Source: Marsupella aquatica
Lineage: Eukaryota; Plantae; Marchantiophyta
DNA: 64,000 bases
Reading direction: 5' to 3'
NCBI GenBank assembly: GCA_973895155.1
Contig: OZ316891.1
Coordinates: 19,245,048 to 19,309,047 of the forward strand
In this document: positions 13,001 to 26,782 of the stretch, one piece after another
How positions within the stretch are numbered: position 1 is the stretch's first letter
Layout: every line of letters starts with the position of its first letter
Notes under the pieces: model-generated
What the model saw: only the letters and a program-made list of their open reading frames with translations
The model's database searches: none
Told to the model about the DNA's origin: nothing
Program-made: the position numbers and the translations under genes

Positions 13001-15727
13001 AAGGATCGTCGAGTAGGCCGACGCTTACCTCCTGTTCCGTCATGATTTGAATTCCATAAGTGACGGAACGGTACATTTAGGATGGTGAATTCTCTGCAAT
13101 ATAATTCTGTCCCGTGGACAAGGGACAAGGGGACTAAATATTCCGAACACATGCAAACAAGAAGGCACAGCCGCACGGCCAAGCGTGGAAGATTTAAATC
13201 ATGTAATCATGCGTGAGGAATTCGATACATCAATATCTCATGCTGGAGTCCGTTCAGGTCACATACCACAGGGAAGGGCGAGAACACGCTAACCTCGAGT
13301 TGTTACAGTAGTATGACGCCGTGGAGCAGACCATATATGGAAGAAGCGGACGAAGATATGGGAGACATCGATGATAATCGCACTGACCGCTTCATCTAGA
13401 AGTAATACACGGACGTCCTTTCCATGCTCCTCGCCCTTGAAAGATCCACAGAGTTCTCACCCGGACAGTAGTAACAGGCTTGATATAGCTTCAAGTCCTT
13501 GAAGGTAAATGAAACCAGATGAATTTGCTCCGGGGATCAACAATTGGTCGGATCTCCAGAAAATTCTTCATAGTCTCAGCGGTGATGAAATTCCTCTGTA
13601 AACGACCCTTGAAACTTCCCCTGCTTATGTCCAGGAAGAGGAAGAAACCCCAATTCAGAGAGGGACCCAACACGTTCCTGTCGGTACGTGCTCCTCGAAA
13701 TGAAGCGATGATATCTCTTTCACCACACCGCTTGCTTCATCACTTCATTAGTGGATAGTTCTAGACATGGCATCTCTTCAAAGTACGCTTTCCAAATGCA
13801 ATTTACGATTATATTCAAACGATGCTTTCCAGATGTCCCATCAAAGATTGAATCCTGCCGTATTTGGTGGGACATACAGTATCCAGCCGGCTTGCTGGTC
13901 AGAACGGAGAATGAGGATGATTGCGTGCGTAGTCACAATTCTTCCTCTTAATAAACACGCATCAATCTGCGTAACATACTGTTGCTCTCGCCTTCCAGAA
14001 AAATGGAATTGAATGAAGAGGAGCACAGTCTTCTAGGCAGTGGACGAGCCGTCCCAATTACAGTTTGCGGAGGTCGCTATTTGCGGACAACTCACTGGAT
14101 ATGGATGCAGGGAACGATGCAGCGGACTATCCTATGTGGTGACCGAGGGATTACATACACAACACTTGCTCCAATTATTCGCTTTTGTCCGTCTTGTCCG
14201 CCCAACTACATTCAGGTCCTCAGGATTGTAGCGCTCCGTTCGATGGAATCCCGCCACACTCGTCGGGCGTGTCTCTAGAGATTCGAGCAAAAAGGCTGCA
14301 TTAGCTGTCTAATGCGCTTTCTTTATCGAGAGGTTATACACTCTGAAATGTACAACACCTTTCCCAAGTGAGATTATGCATTTCTCTGAGGTGCTGTGAA
14401 CTCTGACGATATCTTTTATCCAATCTAAAGTATCTTTTCATACATGCTGCACGACTGTTGCCTACGGAATATTATATAAAGTTAGTATCTATCTCAACCT
14501 TATCATAAATTAGTCTGAATGGATACTATGAGTGTTCTCTGATTTACCGTAAGTCGATTTCCACGATGCAGGGTTCTGGAGTTTCCCTCCTTAATAAGCA
14601 GTGTGAATAAGAGTTTTCCACTCGTCTCTTCGGGGCCTAAAGAAGGCCTGGGCGTGTCGTGTCACTCTTCGAACCAAAAGGCTATCAGGATTAAAAGCAC
14701 ACGTTATCTTTGCCCTCACTACGTTCACTTCAGGTGCTACCATCAGCAATGTCGGAGGCACGCCTGAAAGATTCAAACGCGCACACACTAATTGCAAAAA
14801 GGTCGCCAAATGGTCGTGTACTTTAGCTATCAAAAAAGTACTCCGTCTTCACCTGTGGAATGCCCCCTTCCGAAGAACAATTTCCTTTCCTACAGAGCAG
14901 CGCAAATTGCAAATCTCTAGAGAACGGCTAATATGACGTCGTTTAGAATGTTCTTTGTTGTCGTCGAACTGGAGTGCACAGTAGCTCCAACAGGATGTGG
15001 AGCGAATAAACGGCATGCGAAGGAAGTGAGGAAACCACCAGACTTTCTAGCGGTCGACGATTAGAAGTTACTCTCAAGATTTCTTCGGAAAAGCTTTAGG
15101 TCCAGGGAACGCGATGGCATGATGGTTTGGGAACCGGTGGCCCGATGGTTTGGGAACCCGTAACTTCGTAGTTAACCTGTCCACCTCCGGATCGAGTTGT
15201 TTACTAGGCTGCTAAATGCCTGGGAACTGCTCCAGAAGCTATTTCTGTGATTGCATCTCCATTGGTTGAATAATTGGGAGGATAAGTAAGTGTACCATAA
15301 TCCATGTGGGGGTGCGTCTCGTCGACAATTGTTAAACAGGGGCGCTCGGATCGAATGTTTCTTTGCTCTAGAGAGAGCAGCTTCATGTCGAAAACGAGGG
15401 CGCCTGAATCAAATCTTTGTTCTAGAGTCAACGAGGGCAATTCCCTTTCTTGTCTTCAATTATTGTAAAATCCAGAGCACTTTGTTCTAAATAGAGTCGA
15501 AGGGGCCAACTCCCTTTGCTAGCAAAACTTGCCGTAAAGCTTTGAAAATCGAGATGAAACTGGAACTTTTATAGCGCTGTCCAAACAGGTCCTAGCTCTT
15601 GACTTGCAAAATTTCTGCGTAACTGTGGGATGATGAAGATCTTTTCCCCAGCGACCATTTTCATAGCTCCTCTCGCGCTTTGTATAAAACGGGGACCTAC
15701 CTACATCATGCATGGCGGGCAGTAACC

Positions 15728-17234
15728 TCACTTGATTTCGACCTTTAAGGGAGGGGGGCATATCGGAGGAACGTTTGACTGAGGTGGTTGCTGCGCAGCA
15801 AGGTATTGGAGGAGTTCAAAAAAGCGGGCTTGTACGTATGCAGAACTCTTGTGCCAGTAGAAGAGAGCATAGTCTCCTGCCTTCGATTTCATGTCCTTCA
15901 GGTTCTGATCTATCTCCTCTTCATATTGGGCCACAAACGGTCTCACGAAAGTGGAGTAGATATACGTTGTTCCCTGGATGCACACAACGGACGTTAAATT
16001 CTCCCTTCTTCCGCTGGAATGGCAGGAGAAGAACAAGATGAGCAGCACATGTGAGCGCCAGATGGGAAGATAGCTTGGACAGAATGATCCAGAAGGCTCA
16101 ATTTACACGAGTTTCATTACAGAGTTCCGCATACCTTGGTTTTGGGATACCACAGATATATAATGAAGGCGAGTTTCGCCTCTGCATACAAAGGAATCCT
16201 GCGATAGAGGGTTTCCGTGAAGGGTTACCTTAACAATACTTATCAATACTCGACATAAAGAATGAAGTAACTGGCCCACCGAAGGTCGTAAGCAGAGTTC
16301 AACCTTCCACAATTATGTTAGCTCTAAATTTGACTGATTTTCAGAATTTCAATAGCTTCAACGTCTGCACACTGTATATTGAATGACTACCAAGTTTCCA
16401 GGTCAGAGATTTCCAGCCGCTTATTACTAGGAGACATGTATGGAGAGAGTCAGGGGTTTTAGGTTCTCGCATGTACCATGATATTAATGCATCTCCCAAC
16501 CTTTCCGCCACAGTGACCACTGCGATGATCATCCTGAAGGCCAAATCAGGACGAAGACATTCATAAGATTCAGGTCGTGTACTGGTGACTGATCGCTTGA
16601 GTGGACATCATACCTTTGCGGTCATCGCACAAAAAAGTACATTGCAGATCACCTTCCCCCTTAATTAATTCAAGGAGCTAGAGTGACACAACCACATCCA
16701 AAACTAGATACACATCTGGTTATTTGAATGGATTTGAAATGTCATTTCCAAGGGAGAAAAATGGAGGTCCAAGATTCAAGAAAAATTGGACGGTCACGCT
16801 CCTACTGCCTGGAATATTCAAATCGACAATGCCATCTGAGCTTGAGGTTTACCAGTATTGACACCAAAAGCGAAGATGGTCTTGATCTGGACGTTTCGTC
16901 TCGACGCATTTGAAGCATTCATACGCAGGGTACAGATATCCTAGCACCATTCTGCAAAGTGAAACAGAGTACCAAGTTCCATGAAGTCCTGTCATAGTGC
17001 ACCAAGAAACCTGGACGAAAGTCGAATCGATCACGACAATAACACCGATTCTTTCGACCAGGTTCACAGAAAAATTGAGCACAACATAATAAGCTTAATG
17101 TGATGAAATTGAGCTCCGTGGCATTAGGGAGTACGAAGCAATCATTTCATCCAGTTTCACAATCCTCCTGTGTTTAAACCTGGACAGCGGCGTGGAAACG
17201 CTTACATTGTGCCTCTGATGATAATTGACCCCAT
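15728..17234 (-). CDS. HVA22: HVA22-like (REEP/DP1/Yop1 family) protein, 5 exons, 164 aa
   Basis: Exons 17234-17206, 16951-16853, 16533-16477, 16198-16135, 15973-15728, all GT-AG and in phase. Translation MGSIIIRGTIMVLGYLYPAYECFK..LRFWCQYW..ERLGDALISWIPLYAEAKLAFIIYLWYPKTKGTTYIY. Confidence 0.92.
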
Positions 17235-20079
17235 GAGATCCAACACACAATGCACCTGGACGATTTCAAACAGTCTCCTCCCGTAGAGTTTAACCCTGTT
17301 CATATCAGCAGTGTCAGTTCACAATTTTCCCAGCAGACGATAATCTTTCATCAGAAAATATGACATGGAATTGACGAGAAGTGTTGCAAGTTTTGATAGG
17401 TCCAGAAAATCCAATTAGGGATGCTGACAAGAAACTGTTGCCAGTAGGCACACCAAAGCACATATGTAAGCTCACCAGTTTACATCCTGACTAGCCTCGA
17501 TTTCTGCTGGAAAATTCTCAGCTTGGACATTCTTTTTGATCCAAGCTTTGTCAGGACGAAAACAAAGATAACCATATACTTGCTTCTTCTCCTTCGTCAC
17601 GAGTGCTCTCGATGCGAATGAGTCCCATAGACAGATACCATTAGAGCTTGTTCCCTGAAGTGATATGCCCTCCTTGGTAGTTTTAAGAACCTGGATCAAT
17701 GCCTCTCAAAGTAGCCAGATTGCCCCTCCAGAAGGTCTTCAGAAGGTTCCTGGCTGACTCAAGATTTGGGCCATGAAGCAGTCACAAGGCTGCCTTTGCT
17801 GCATTGATGTTTACTTGTCGCGCATGCTACCTCTCCTTTCGAAGTGCAGAAAACAGAGACTGCCGCTGTCACAGCGCCATACATGCCACTGCTCCATCGT
17901 ATAATCTCCTGGTAGAGAGATTCCGGGTGGACAAACCCTCAGCACGCTTCGTATCCCCTCACTGCCATGTTACTTTGGTGAAGCAGCTCTAATGTCTTCG
18001 AGGTTGGATACCTGTCGGCCTGCGGGGTGGAGAAACAGGTGTGGGGAATCTGTAGGCTAAGACAAGGGTGGTTGAAGGGACTACCCTCTACATATATCCG
18101 AAAACGAAAATTTGGCTCCGAAGAACAACCTTCGTTGAGGAGAGGGTTTAGAGGAAGTGCGTAAGATAGGCATACAAACGGGGAAAAATGAATGGATCAA
18201 AATGGAATTGAGAGTACTCGGGGACCAATCGGGACCAGGATCAAATATTGAAGAAGGCCAAGATATTCTCCTTTCATAAGAAAAAGAATGAAGGAAAGAA
18301 GTACTAAAGAGAACTAGGCCAAGTCTGTATCACTACTTTCACACCAAAGTAGAAAAGATGCATAGTAGACGCGTGGATTTCCCGTCCAAGAGACAACAAA
18401 ACGAAATCGAGCAGACTTGTAATGATCCGCTCACAATCTAGAGACATGCCGAAGTGATTCTATTGTTGATCCCCGACAAATAAGAGGAGAATTTCCTCCA
18501 CTCGAATGACTTCGGTAACCATAAGACCATCGCTTCAGTTCCACAAACGAGGCCAGGCTTGTGAGATGCAAACACGCTGGAACGACATGACTAGCAAACC
18601 AGTGACTGGTCGAAGATCTCAAAGAACACCCTAATCGTAAAATCCAACTCACCGTTGCGTAGATGAGAAAATTGAAATGGAAGGATAAGGTCCGAAGGTC
18701 GGGTTGGGAGTCAGACGCAGTTCGAAAATTTCGAAATTTCACCTCACGTTATTCCTAACTCTCCCTACACTGAAAAGACTTCTCTTAAAGTACCATTTGC
18801 CTGCGAGAGCGGAACGTGAAGATCTCTATAGTCATCACAACAGCGGACAATTTAGCCACTTTCCACAAGTCAGTATTGATTCCCAATCCGACAATTGGAA
18901 CGGCATCCGCAGAGACTTATACTAAAAGCTTCGACCCGCTCGACTATCATCCCCGTCCCTCCACACGACTTGGCTAGTTCCAGCAAGAATGTTTGAATTT
19001 GACTTGCTAGTCAGGGACGGGATTCGACACGGGACTTCATGCAAAAATTCCAAATCTCTCAATTGTGAAATCCGTGCCCAGAATTCGCGGTTCTATGTGG
19101 ATTTTCGGGGGAAACAATGACCGCGAATTCGGACGCCAAGGCACAAATTGTCCAACGAATTCTTCAGGTCCTCGGTCCTTACGTCTTATAAAGAACCACC
19201 ACATACGAACGCTTGAGAAAGATATCCACAGAATGAAGAAAAGTTTAGTAATATGCAAACCCCTATCCGATCAGGTGTTGAATTTTAGGGTAGAGTAATT
19301 CATGTTATCTCTAGCAAGCACGTCTTGTGCCCAGGAAGAGGCAAGCAGACAGACAAACCTATATACCCAGAAATTCCGTTTACGAGTGCGGTAGAAACGA
19401 GTTCGATAGGGCCTTGAAAAGCAGATTCAACGACATTACCTTTAAAATAAGAACGAAAGGTCACTACAAGGGAAACGGACAAGCCGGCCTCTGTTTCTCC
19501 AGAGCGTTCTCCGGCAGAATGCAATGGCATACAATGCCGCAGGAACAAGTCGGATCATGAGTAAATTAGTCCAGCTCTGCAAATTCTGCACATGTAGGCT
19601 TCATCGTTGCTACTTACTCAGGTAGATTGGTCGAACCAAATTAATCCAACCATTGGTGAGATCATGTGCCAATGAAGTCAATCGTTACAAAAACAACCAA
19701 TCGACCCGAATCAATCAATCCATCCATCGATAGACGAATCCGAATTGATCCACGCAGAACGAATCGCACCAATCCAATTCAACGATCGATGGATGAATCT
19801 AATTGGTACAAGAAGCTTCAAATCGTTCTCACCAAAACAGCGACCGTTCCATTGGCTTCTCAATGACGCCTAGAATGGACATTCCATCCAAGGAAAGATC
19901 GCGACGCCAACAATTGATGCGCTAATTCACAAAGTACACTAGAACCGAAAAATTGCCGTCAGTCCATCCGTCACGACCGTTTTCACCTGATAGTGTAGTT
20001 ACCTTCGCCGTTAACAACTCACTTGCTTCTCGACCTCAGAAAAATTCCACAGAAAGCTCGACGCGAATGCTCCAGAAGA

Positions 20080-20691
20080 CATCCGCCAGAGGTACGCTTC
20101 TCGCGACCCTCTCGCGTGGAACATCCTCGAACTCTGGAAGACGAACGTCTCATCTTCATCGCACCGTTCTTCGGGAGAAAAAGTGGGGCCCGTGTCGGGA
20201 ATGTTCTTATCGGAGCAGAAGCTCCGCCGTACAGTAGACAGATGTCCAGAACGTTCTTGCCCTCGAATACACTGATACGGAAGAGACTGCGATTTTCGGC
20301 TTCTTACGATTCTCGTTAGTTCGTATCTGGATCGTCGATTCTATGGATCGGCGGTCCACAGAAGAATTCTCTCGAAGTATGAAATTATGAGCTTACTGTG
20401 ATTTGGAGCCCAGGAAGAATCGACGGACGGTGCCTCGAGAACCGTCTGCAGACCGTCGAACGAAACGTGACGGAGTACCGAGAGGGGATGTTTTACCGTC
20501 GGTCCTGAAGGACGGTGGCTAGGTGCTGTTGGTGGAGCCGTCGAGCCGGGTTGCCACTGTACCAAGTGGATGCCGTCCGTGGTGCGGTCGACGACGCGAG
20601 GGCGACGAATCAATCTGTGGAGAAAGTTCTCGAACGCTCCACAGCTTCGGCGGGAAGGCTCCGATGCCTCCCCTCGTAGTCCAATATAAGC
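20080..20691 (+). promoter_or_regulatory. HSP90 promoter with heat-shock elements and TATA-like box
   Basis: Perfect three-unit HSE aGAAagTTCtcGAAc at 20621-20635, further GAAnnTTC units near 20200 and 20250, and AATATAAG at ~20683. Confidence 0.8.
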
Positions 20692-20811
20692 AGAGTTCCA
20701 CTCCTCCAGCCAGCAATTGGAAACGATTTGGCGAAGTGTGTTCTGTTGACAATTCACTCCTACTCAAGAGTTTGTACATACCGCTCTGCAGATTGCGGTC
20801 CGCAAATTGAT

Positions 20812-20888
20812 TTCAATTTCTTTCGTTCAGTTTCTTCACTACTTTCAGCTCTCAATTTCTTTCGTCTAGTTTCTTCACTACTTTCAGG
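20812..20888 (+). repeat. ~39-bp tandem duplication in the HSP90 5' leader
   Basis: TCAATTTCTTTCGT..AGTTTCTTCACTACTTTCAG occurs twice. Confidence 0.7.
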
Positions 20889-20945
20889 TCTCGAGCTCGG
20901 CAGGAATCGTCAGGTGATCGCTGCTGTCCTTAAGGTTTAGGAGGT

Positions 20946-23063
20946 ATGGCGACTGCCCAAGAGCCGGAGGTGGAGGCCTTCGCTTTCCAGGCGGAGATCA
21001 ACCAGTTGTTGAGTCTGATCATCAACACCTTCTACAGCAACAAGGAGATTTTCCTCCGAGAGCTGATCAGCAATGCATCCGATGCGTTGGACAAGATCCG
21101 GTTCCAGAGTCTCACCGATAAGAGCAAGCTCGAAGCGCAGCCCGAGCTGTTCATTCGTTTGGTCCCCAACAAGACGAACAAGACATTGTCCATCATCGAC
21201 AGTGGAGTTGGAATGACCAAGGCCGATATGGTGAACAACCTGGGAACAATTGCGCGATCAGGGACGAAGGAGTTCATGGAAGCACTCAGTGCCGGTGCGG
21301 ATGTGAGCATGATCGGTCAGTTTGGTGTTGGTTTCTACAGTGCTTATCTCGTCGCCGAGAAGGTGGTAGTCACATCTAAGCACAATGATGATGAGCAGTA
21401 CATTTGGGAATCTCAAGCCGGTGGTTCTTTCACTGTGACCCGTGACACTGCTGGCGAGCAGCTTGGTCGTGGGACTAAGATTACTCTGCATCTGAAGGAG
21501 GATCAGCTCGAATACTTGGAGGAGAAGAAGCTGAAGGAATTGACAAAGAAGCACTCGGAATTTATTGGTTATCCCATCTACTTGTGGGTCGAGAAGACTT
21601 CAGAGAAGGAGATGTCGGATGAAGAGGAGGAGGAAAAAGATGAAGAAGAAGAAGGAAAGATCGTCGAAATAGATGAGGAGAAGGAAAAGGAAAAGAAGAA
21701 GAAGAAGGTGAAGGAAGTCACACACGAATGGGTACACGTGAATACTCAAAAGTCGATCTGGTTGAGGAAGCCTGAGGATATATCGAAGGAGGAGTACGCG
21801 GCTTTCTACAAGGGTCTAACCAATGACTGGGAGGAGCACCTAGCTGTGAAGCACTTCTCTGTGGAGGGTCAACTAGAATTTAAGGCTGTCATTTTTGTCC
21901 CCAGAAGGGCTCCCTTCGACCTTTTCGACACCAAGAAGAAGCTGAACAACATTAAGTTGTACGTGAGGCGCGTGTTCATCATGGACAACTGCGAGGAGCT
22001 AATTCCGGAGTACTTGAGTTTTGTGAAGGGCGTTGTCGACTCCGAGGACTTGCCACTGAACATTTCTCGCGAAACTCTGCAGCAGAATAAGATTTTGAAG
22101 GTCATTAGGAAGAATCTTGTGAAGAAGTGCCTCGAAATGTTCTCAGAGATCGCAGAGAATAAAGAGGACTACGTAAAATTCTACGAAGCATACTCAAAGA
22201 ATTTGAAGCTAGGTATTCACGAGGATAGCCAGAATAGATCGAAGATTGCCGATTTCTTGAGATATTATTCCACCAAGAGCGGCTCTGAGATGACCAGTTT
22301 GAAGGATTACGTGACTAGGATGAAGGAAGGGCAGAAGGATATTTACTACATCACTGGTGAAACCAAGAAGGCAGTGGAGAATTCTCCATTCTTGGAGAGG
22401 TTGAAGAAGAGAGGATATGAGGTGTTGTTCATGGTTGATGCCATCGATGAATACGCTATTGCCCAATTGAAGGAATACGACGGGCACAAGCTTGTATCTG
22501 CCACCAAGGAGGGACTGAAGCTGGAGGACACAGAGGATGAGAAGAAGAAGGCAGAGGAGAGGAAAGCCGCATTCGAGAACTTGACGAAGGTTATCAAGGA
22601 TATTCTCGGTGACAAGGTGGAGAAGGTTGTAGTCTCTGACCACATGGTTGATTCCCCTTGCTGCCTGGTGACTGGCGAGTATGGATGGACTGCCAACATG
22701 GAGCGTATCATGAAGGCTCAAGCATTGCGAGACAATTCCATGTCTAACTACATGTCATCTAAGAAGATTATGGAGATTAATCCTGACAATTCCATTATTG
22801 ATGAGTTGAGGAAGAGAGCTGATGCCGACAAGAATGACAAGTCTGTGAAGGACCTCACCTGGTTGTTATTTGAGACCGCTCTGCTCACCTCGGGATTCAG
22901 TTTGGAGGATCCCAACGTCTTCGGCTCTCGAATTCACAAAATGTTGAAGTTGGGTCTAAGTATCGAAGACGATGTCGCCGCCGACGTCGACGCAGACATG
23001 CCTTATCCTGAGGCTGACAATCTTGCCGACACCGAAGGAAGCAGAATGGAGGAAGTCGACTAG
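20946..23063 (+). CDS. HSP90: Cytosolic heat shock protein 90 (705 aa, intronless CDS)
   Basis: [40 protein letters not shown], charged linker, C-terminal MEEVD. Confidence 0.99.
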   Translation: MATAQEPEVEAFAFQAEINQLLSLIINTFYSNKEIFLRELISNASDALDKIRFQSLTDKSKLEAQPELFIRLVPNKTNKTLSIIDSGVGMTKADMVNNLGTIARSGTKEFMEALSAGADVSMIGQFGVGFYSAYLVAEKVVVTSKHNDDEQYIWESQAGGSFTVTRDTAGEQLGRGTKITLHLKEDQLEYLEEKKLKELTKKHSEFIGYPIYLWVEKTSEKEMSDEEEEEKDEEEEGKIVEIDEEKEKEKKKKKVKEVTHEWVHVNTQKSIWLRKPEDISKEEYAAFYKGLTNDWEEHLAVKHFSVEGQLEFKAVIFVPRRAPFDLFDTKKKLNNIKLYVRRVFIMDNCEELIPEYLSFVKGVVDSEDLPLNISRETLQQNKILKVIRKNLVKKCLEMFSEIAENKEDYVKFYEAYSKNLKLGIHEDSQNRSKIADFLRYYSTKSGSEMTSLKDYVTRMKEGQKDIYYITGETKKAVENSPFLERLKKRGYEVLFMVDAIDEYAIAQLKEYDGHKLVSATKEGLKLEDTEDEKKKAEERKAAFENLTKVIKDILGDKVEKVVVSDHMVDSPCCLVTGEYGWTANMERIMKAQALRDNSMSNYMSSKKIMEINPDNSIIDELRKRADADKNDKSVKDLTWLLFETALLTSGFSLEDPNVFGSRIHKMLKLGLSIEDDVAADVDADMPYPEADNLADTEGSRMEEVD

Positions 23064-24121
23064 AGTGCTCCTGCATTAGTTCTGTTAGTACAATTGCCAC
23101 AAATTTTGTCCCCTGTAGTAGACGGGTGTCGGTAATTCCACCCTGAGAATTTGCCTATGTGACTGCTCTGTATCTGCAAATAGTTTGGAAGACAAAACTG
23201 AGCAGACATATTCGTCCAAGTATGCGGAAGTTTTTGTTAATAGCAAGGTTCTGGAAGATTCTGCTCTGTTAGTCTCCTTAGATTCTGACGTTTGCTCAAT
23301 CGCCTATATCGCAAACAAAATTTTTAATCGTTGTAGGAGTGGAGATTCACTGCAAGCTATCATCCTGTGAGATGTACGTCGAGTATTTCGTGAATTCCAA
23401 GTAACTACCTCCTGTTCAATTTTAAAACTTGTCCTTGATATGTATAATAAAAGTACTACTGCACATATCTGCCAGTGATACTTTACTGCCAATTTCACTC
23501 CCGTCCGTCAGTCCTGGTTGCTCGTGCTCGATATGATTTCTTTGTCGCTTTCTCTTGCTATTGTTGAAGGTAGAAGATTTGCTCAAGGCTTACATATGAG
23601 AGCATTCATTGCTTCGTCAATTTTTTGGTTCATCCTACGTGTTTTTCTAGTATTCTTGGTGATCCCAATACATCAAAGTGTACCTGACTCAAGTGACTCG
23701 CTGCTGATATACATTTCAACCGGTGGCCTCGAACCAGTAATTTCTGCTGATTACATGCTTGTATGCTCCATCGAACCTGGGCCTATGTTGCACACTTTGA
23801 AGCTTCTTGCTCAATATGCTCGTCGAAGTGGCAGGACAAACGATCCATTGCTCATCCGTGGTGGTGAAATTAGCTAGAGCTAGAGCTGACTCGTACGAGC
23901 CCGAACAATCATCCACTGCTGCATCGTCATCCATGGCTATGCAGCACTGACAAAGAGTTGTAGGCAGAGCGGGCTTTCGAAACTGGTCTCTAATGGTGGC
24001 CCGGGAAAATTGCTACGAAAATGTATGACAAGGAACGAAAACATGAGCTCATGTAAAATTGTGAAAGGTTGCAATAAAATTCCATTTGCCCAATCTACAA
24101 GCCAGAAACCCTTCGAGGCAC

Positions 24122-24292
24122 ATTGAAAACAATGGAAAGTAGCTTGAGAAATGTAGTAGTAACCATAAAACCATAAAAGGCTAAGAAGGGAGGAGAAGTG
24201 GGTGCAATGAATTGAAAACAATGGAAAGTAGCTTGAGAAATGTAGTAGTAACCATAAAAGGCTAACAAGGGAGGAGAAGTGGGTGCAATGAA
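24122..24292. repeat. ~85-bp tandem duplication
   Basis: ATTGAAAACAATGGAAAGTAGCTTGAGAAATGTAGTAGTAACCATAAAA..GGGAGGAGAAGTGGGTGCAATGAA occurs twice. Confidence 0.8.
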
Positions 24293-26782
24293 GAGTGAAA
24301 TGTAGCAAGGGAAAGCGACAATGAAATCATCTCGACACAAAGAGACGCCGGGAAGACAGTGTATCATCGTCAGCACAAGTAGCAGCAAAGCACAAAAGCA
24401 ATATCAGGTGGAGCACAAATAGCAGCAAGGCTATGTGTACCGTGCCAGGGTAGACAGGAAAGGTACTCCCATTGACATACTTTTCTCTCATACTAGCGAA
24501 AAATACTGATGATACAGCACTTCACTGGTCGAAACATGTGTCATTTTTTTCAGAAATCTGGATTTTGGACTCCTTTGTTGACTACATTTGGAGTCCTACA
24601 AATGCACTACAATTCTAAATTCAACCAAAATCAAAAGCATAGATAACTACAGAGGTGACCTCGCTAGCAATACTCTTCCTGAAACGCATCTCACAAACCC
24701 TCCAGCAGCAACAAGAACTACAACAGCAATCTGGCTTTCCTTGTCCTGAAAAGAAAAAGGGATCTCCAAACTCTAGGTAGAAACACGATCAAGAACGAAA
24801 GAAATTGAGAAGTGGATACATCCACTTGAGTAAAAGCGTGTAGTGAGGGAGCAGCTTTTCTTATGAATAAGGCACTTTCCTCTTGTCTAGCGCTGGCTTG
24901 CTCTTCCCAACTCGACAAACCCCACAAATCATAACATGGATACCCCCATAGCTTTGATGATTGCAACCTGTCTTCCCTTTCAGATGTTGTCCTCCAGTAC
25001 TACAAGTCTTCAAAAGACCAATGTAGCCTAAACAAGTATTGGGAGCATTCACTTGAAATTTATCCATGAGTCAGCACTTTATTACTCTAATGTGAGGTGC
25101 ATGGAGTATGACTAAATACCCACTGAGAACGAAACCGATACCCACACCAAAATATTTTGTCAGTATTGCCCAGAATCTCAATATTTATTTACTTATTGCG
25201 GAACCCCGTGATGGCACTAGGTATTTTCTTGTTTAGTGTTCCACAACGAATCTTGAATGTTTGGTGGTTTAAGTTGTGGGGCCGAGTGGTTGCTTGCGTG
25301 TGCAAGAACGATCTTTAGATATTCGGTGGTTGATTTGTGGGGTCGATTGTTTGACTGGTACGTTCACATGGTGAAAGTTATTTAAGAACGTATGAAAGAC
25401 CATTATCCAAATATCATCCGCTTAGACATGAAAAGCTTTTTAGCGTTGCAGATTAAAATCGTAGTTCTAATTGGCACTAGATTTGGCAACAGAATCGTTT
25501 AATTTCACAATTGACTTGATGTTCATTACAAATACAACTGTAGTTGAGAATTGGGTTGACTGTAAAAGACAAGAGCAATATGGGTGCTGGAACCATGATC
25601 ACGAAGAGCAAACCGGCCCATGTTGCAGACCATCCAGCTCGAATAACGAACGAGCTGCATAAACCACGTCAGGTTGGAAAGCTCTGCACAATCGGAACTA
25701 TTGGCATCATGTCGACCTCAAGTCATCTACCAGAGGAATAGACTGGATATGGCTTGCACTGAATCCAGCATACTAGGAGTTAAACTTTGATTTGGCTTCG
25801 ATTACTCGATTCAATTATCCGACGGATTACAATCTCTAACAGTTCTTAAACTTCTACTCAGAGGGAATGAAGACAACAGAGAAAAATATTGCACGGAAAG
25901 GAATTTGTAATCAGACGATTTGACAGGACGAGTAGCAAGAGAAACGAAGCACCAGGATGTCGATTTCACTTCTAAGAAAATTACTACGAAGTATATTGCT
26001 CATAAAATATACTTTCAACGAATTACTGGAAGAGTTTCCAGATTTTTTTCTTTCTACATTTTACTTGTAGAGCATAGGTACCCGCTGTTAAAGATTCCTA
26101 ACTTCCACAGCTAATGGGTTGACATAATGAACATGAATTGACATTCACAACCGCATATACACAGGACAGCGGGTACTAAGTTCACCAGAAATTAAAGATC
26201 TAACGAGGAGGAATCCCTGTAACCTGCGGGCTTCCCGAGGTAACAGAAGAAGCTCTCTCTGAAGCCTCTGCATACTACAGATTTCACTCTCAACCCCAAT
26301 CAGGTTCAAAGAGCAACAATCATGCTTCCACGATTTCCGTGGAGAGTTCGGAGATTCATTAATCCTTGAGGCCTTCAAGGGTGTCTCTCCTAAATAAGGA
26401 CGGTGGACTAGAGCGTTACCTGGACAGCATACTCTCTCAGCCATCTAAAGTATATGGCTAAATCTACTGAATAAATGTTTTTTCTCTCACATGTATTCAC
26501 ATTCTCTATTGTTCCGATTAAATAATTGTCCTCCAATAGTAGCAGAATCGATAGGTTGGGTTCTAGATGTGACTGACATCCCGGAAGACTCTTTTTTCTT
26601 CGGGGCAAGTGTCGACACCAGCACCATTCTGCCCCTTCCCCTTCAAAGCAAGCCTGACAGTCGATCTTTCATTGTGCACCATTCACAAACTCCATGCGTG
26701 TATCTTCCTCTTGTGGATCAACAGGATTCCCGTACACTGTCAGCACAGATGCACCTGGTACAGTTTTGCTGAGGTCATGCGC

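Noticed and set aside
21032-23100. Antisense ORFs over HSP90
   Set aside because: Shadow frames of a biased coding sequence.
23185-23940. Short ORFs downstream of HSP90 that look like a decayed gene
   Set aside because: Multiple stops and no assignable motif.
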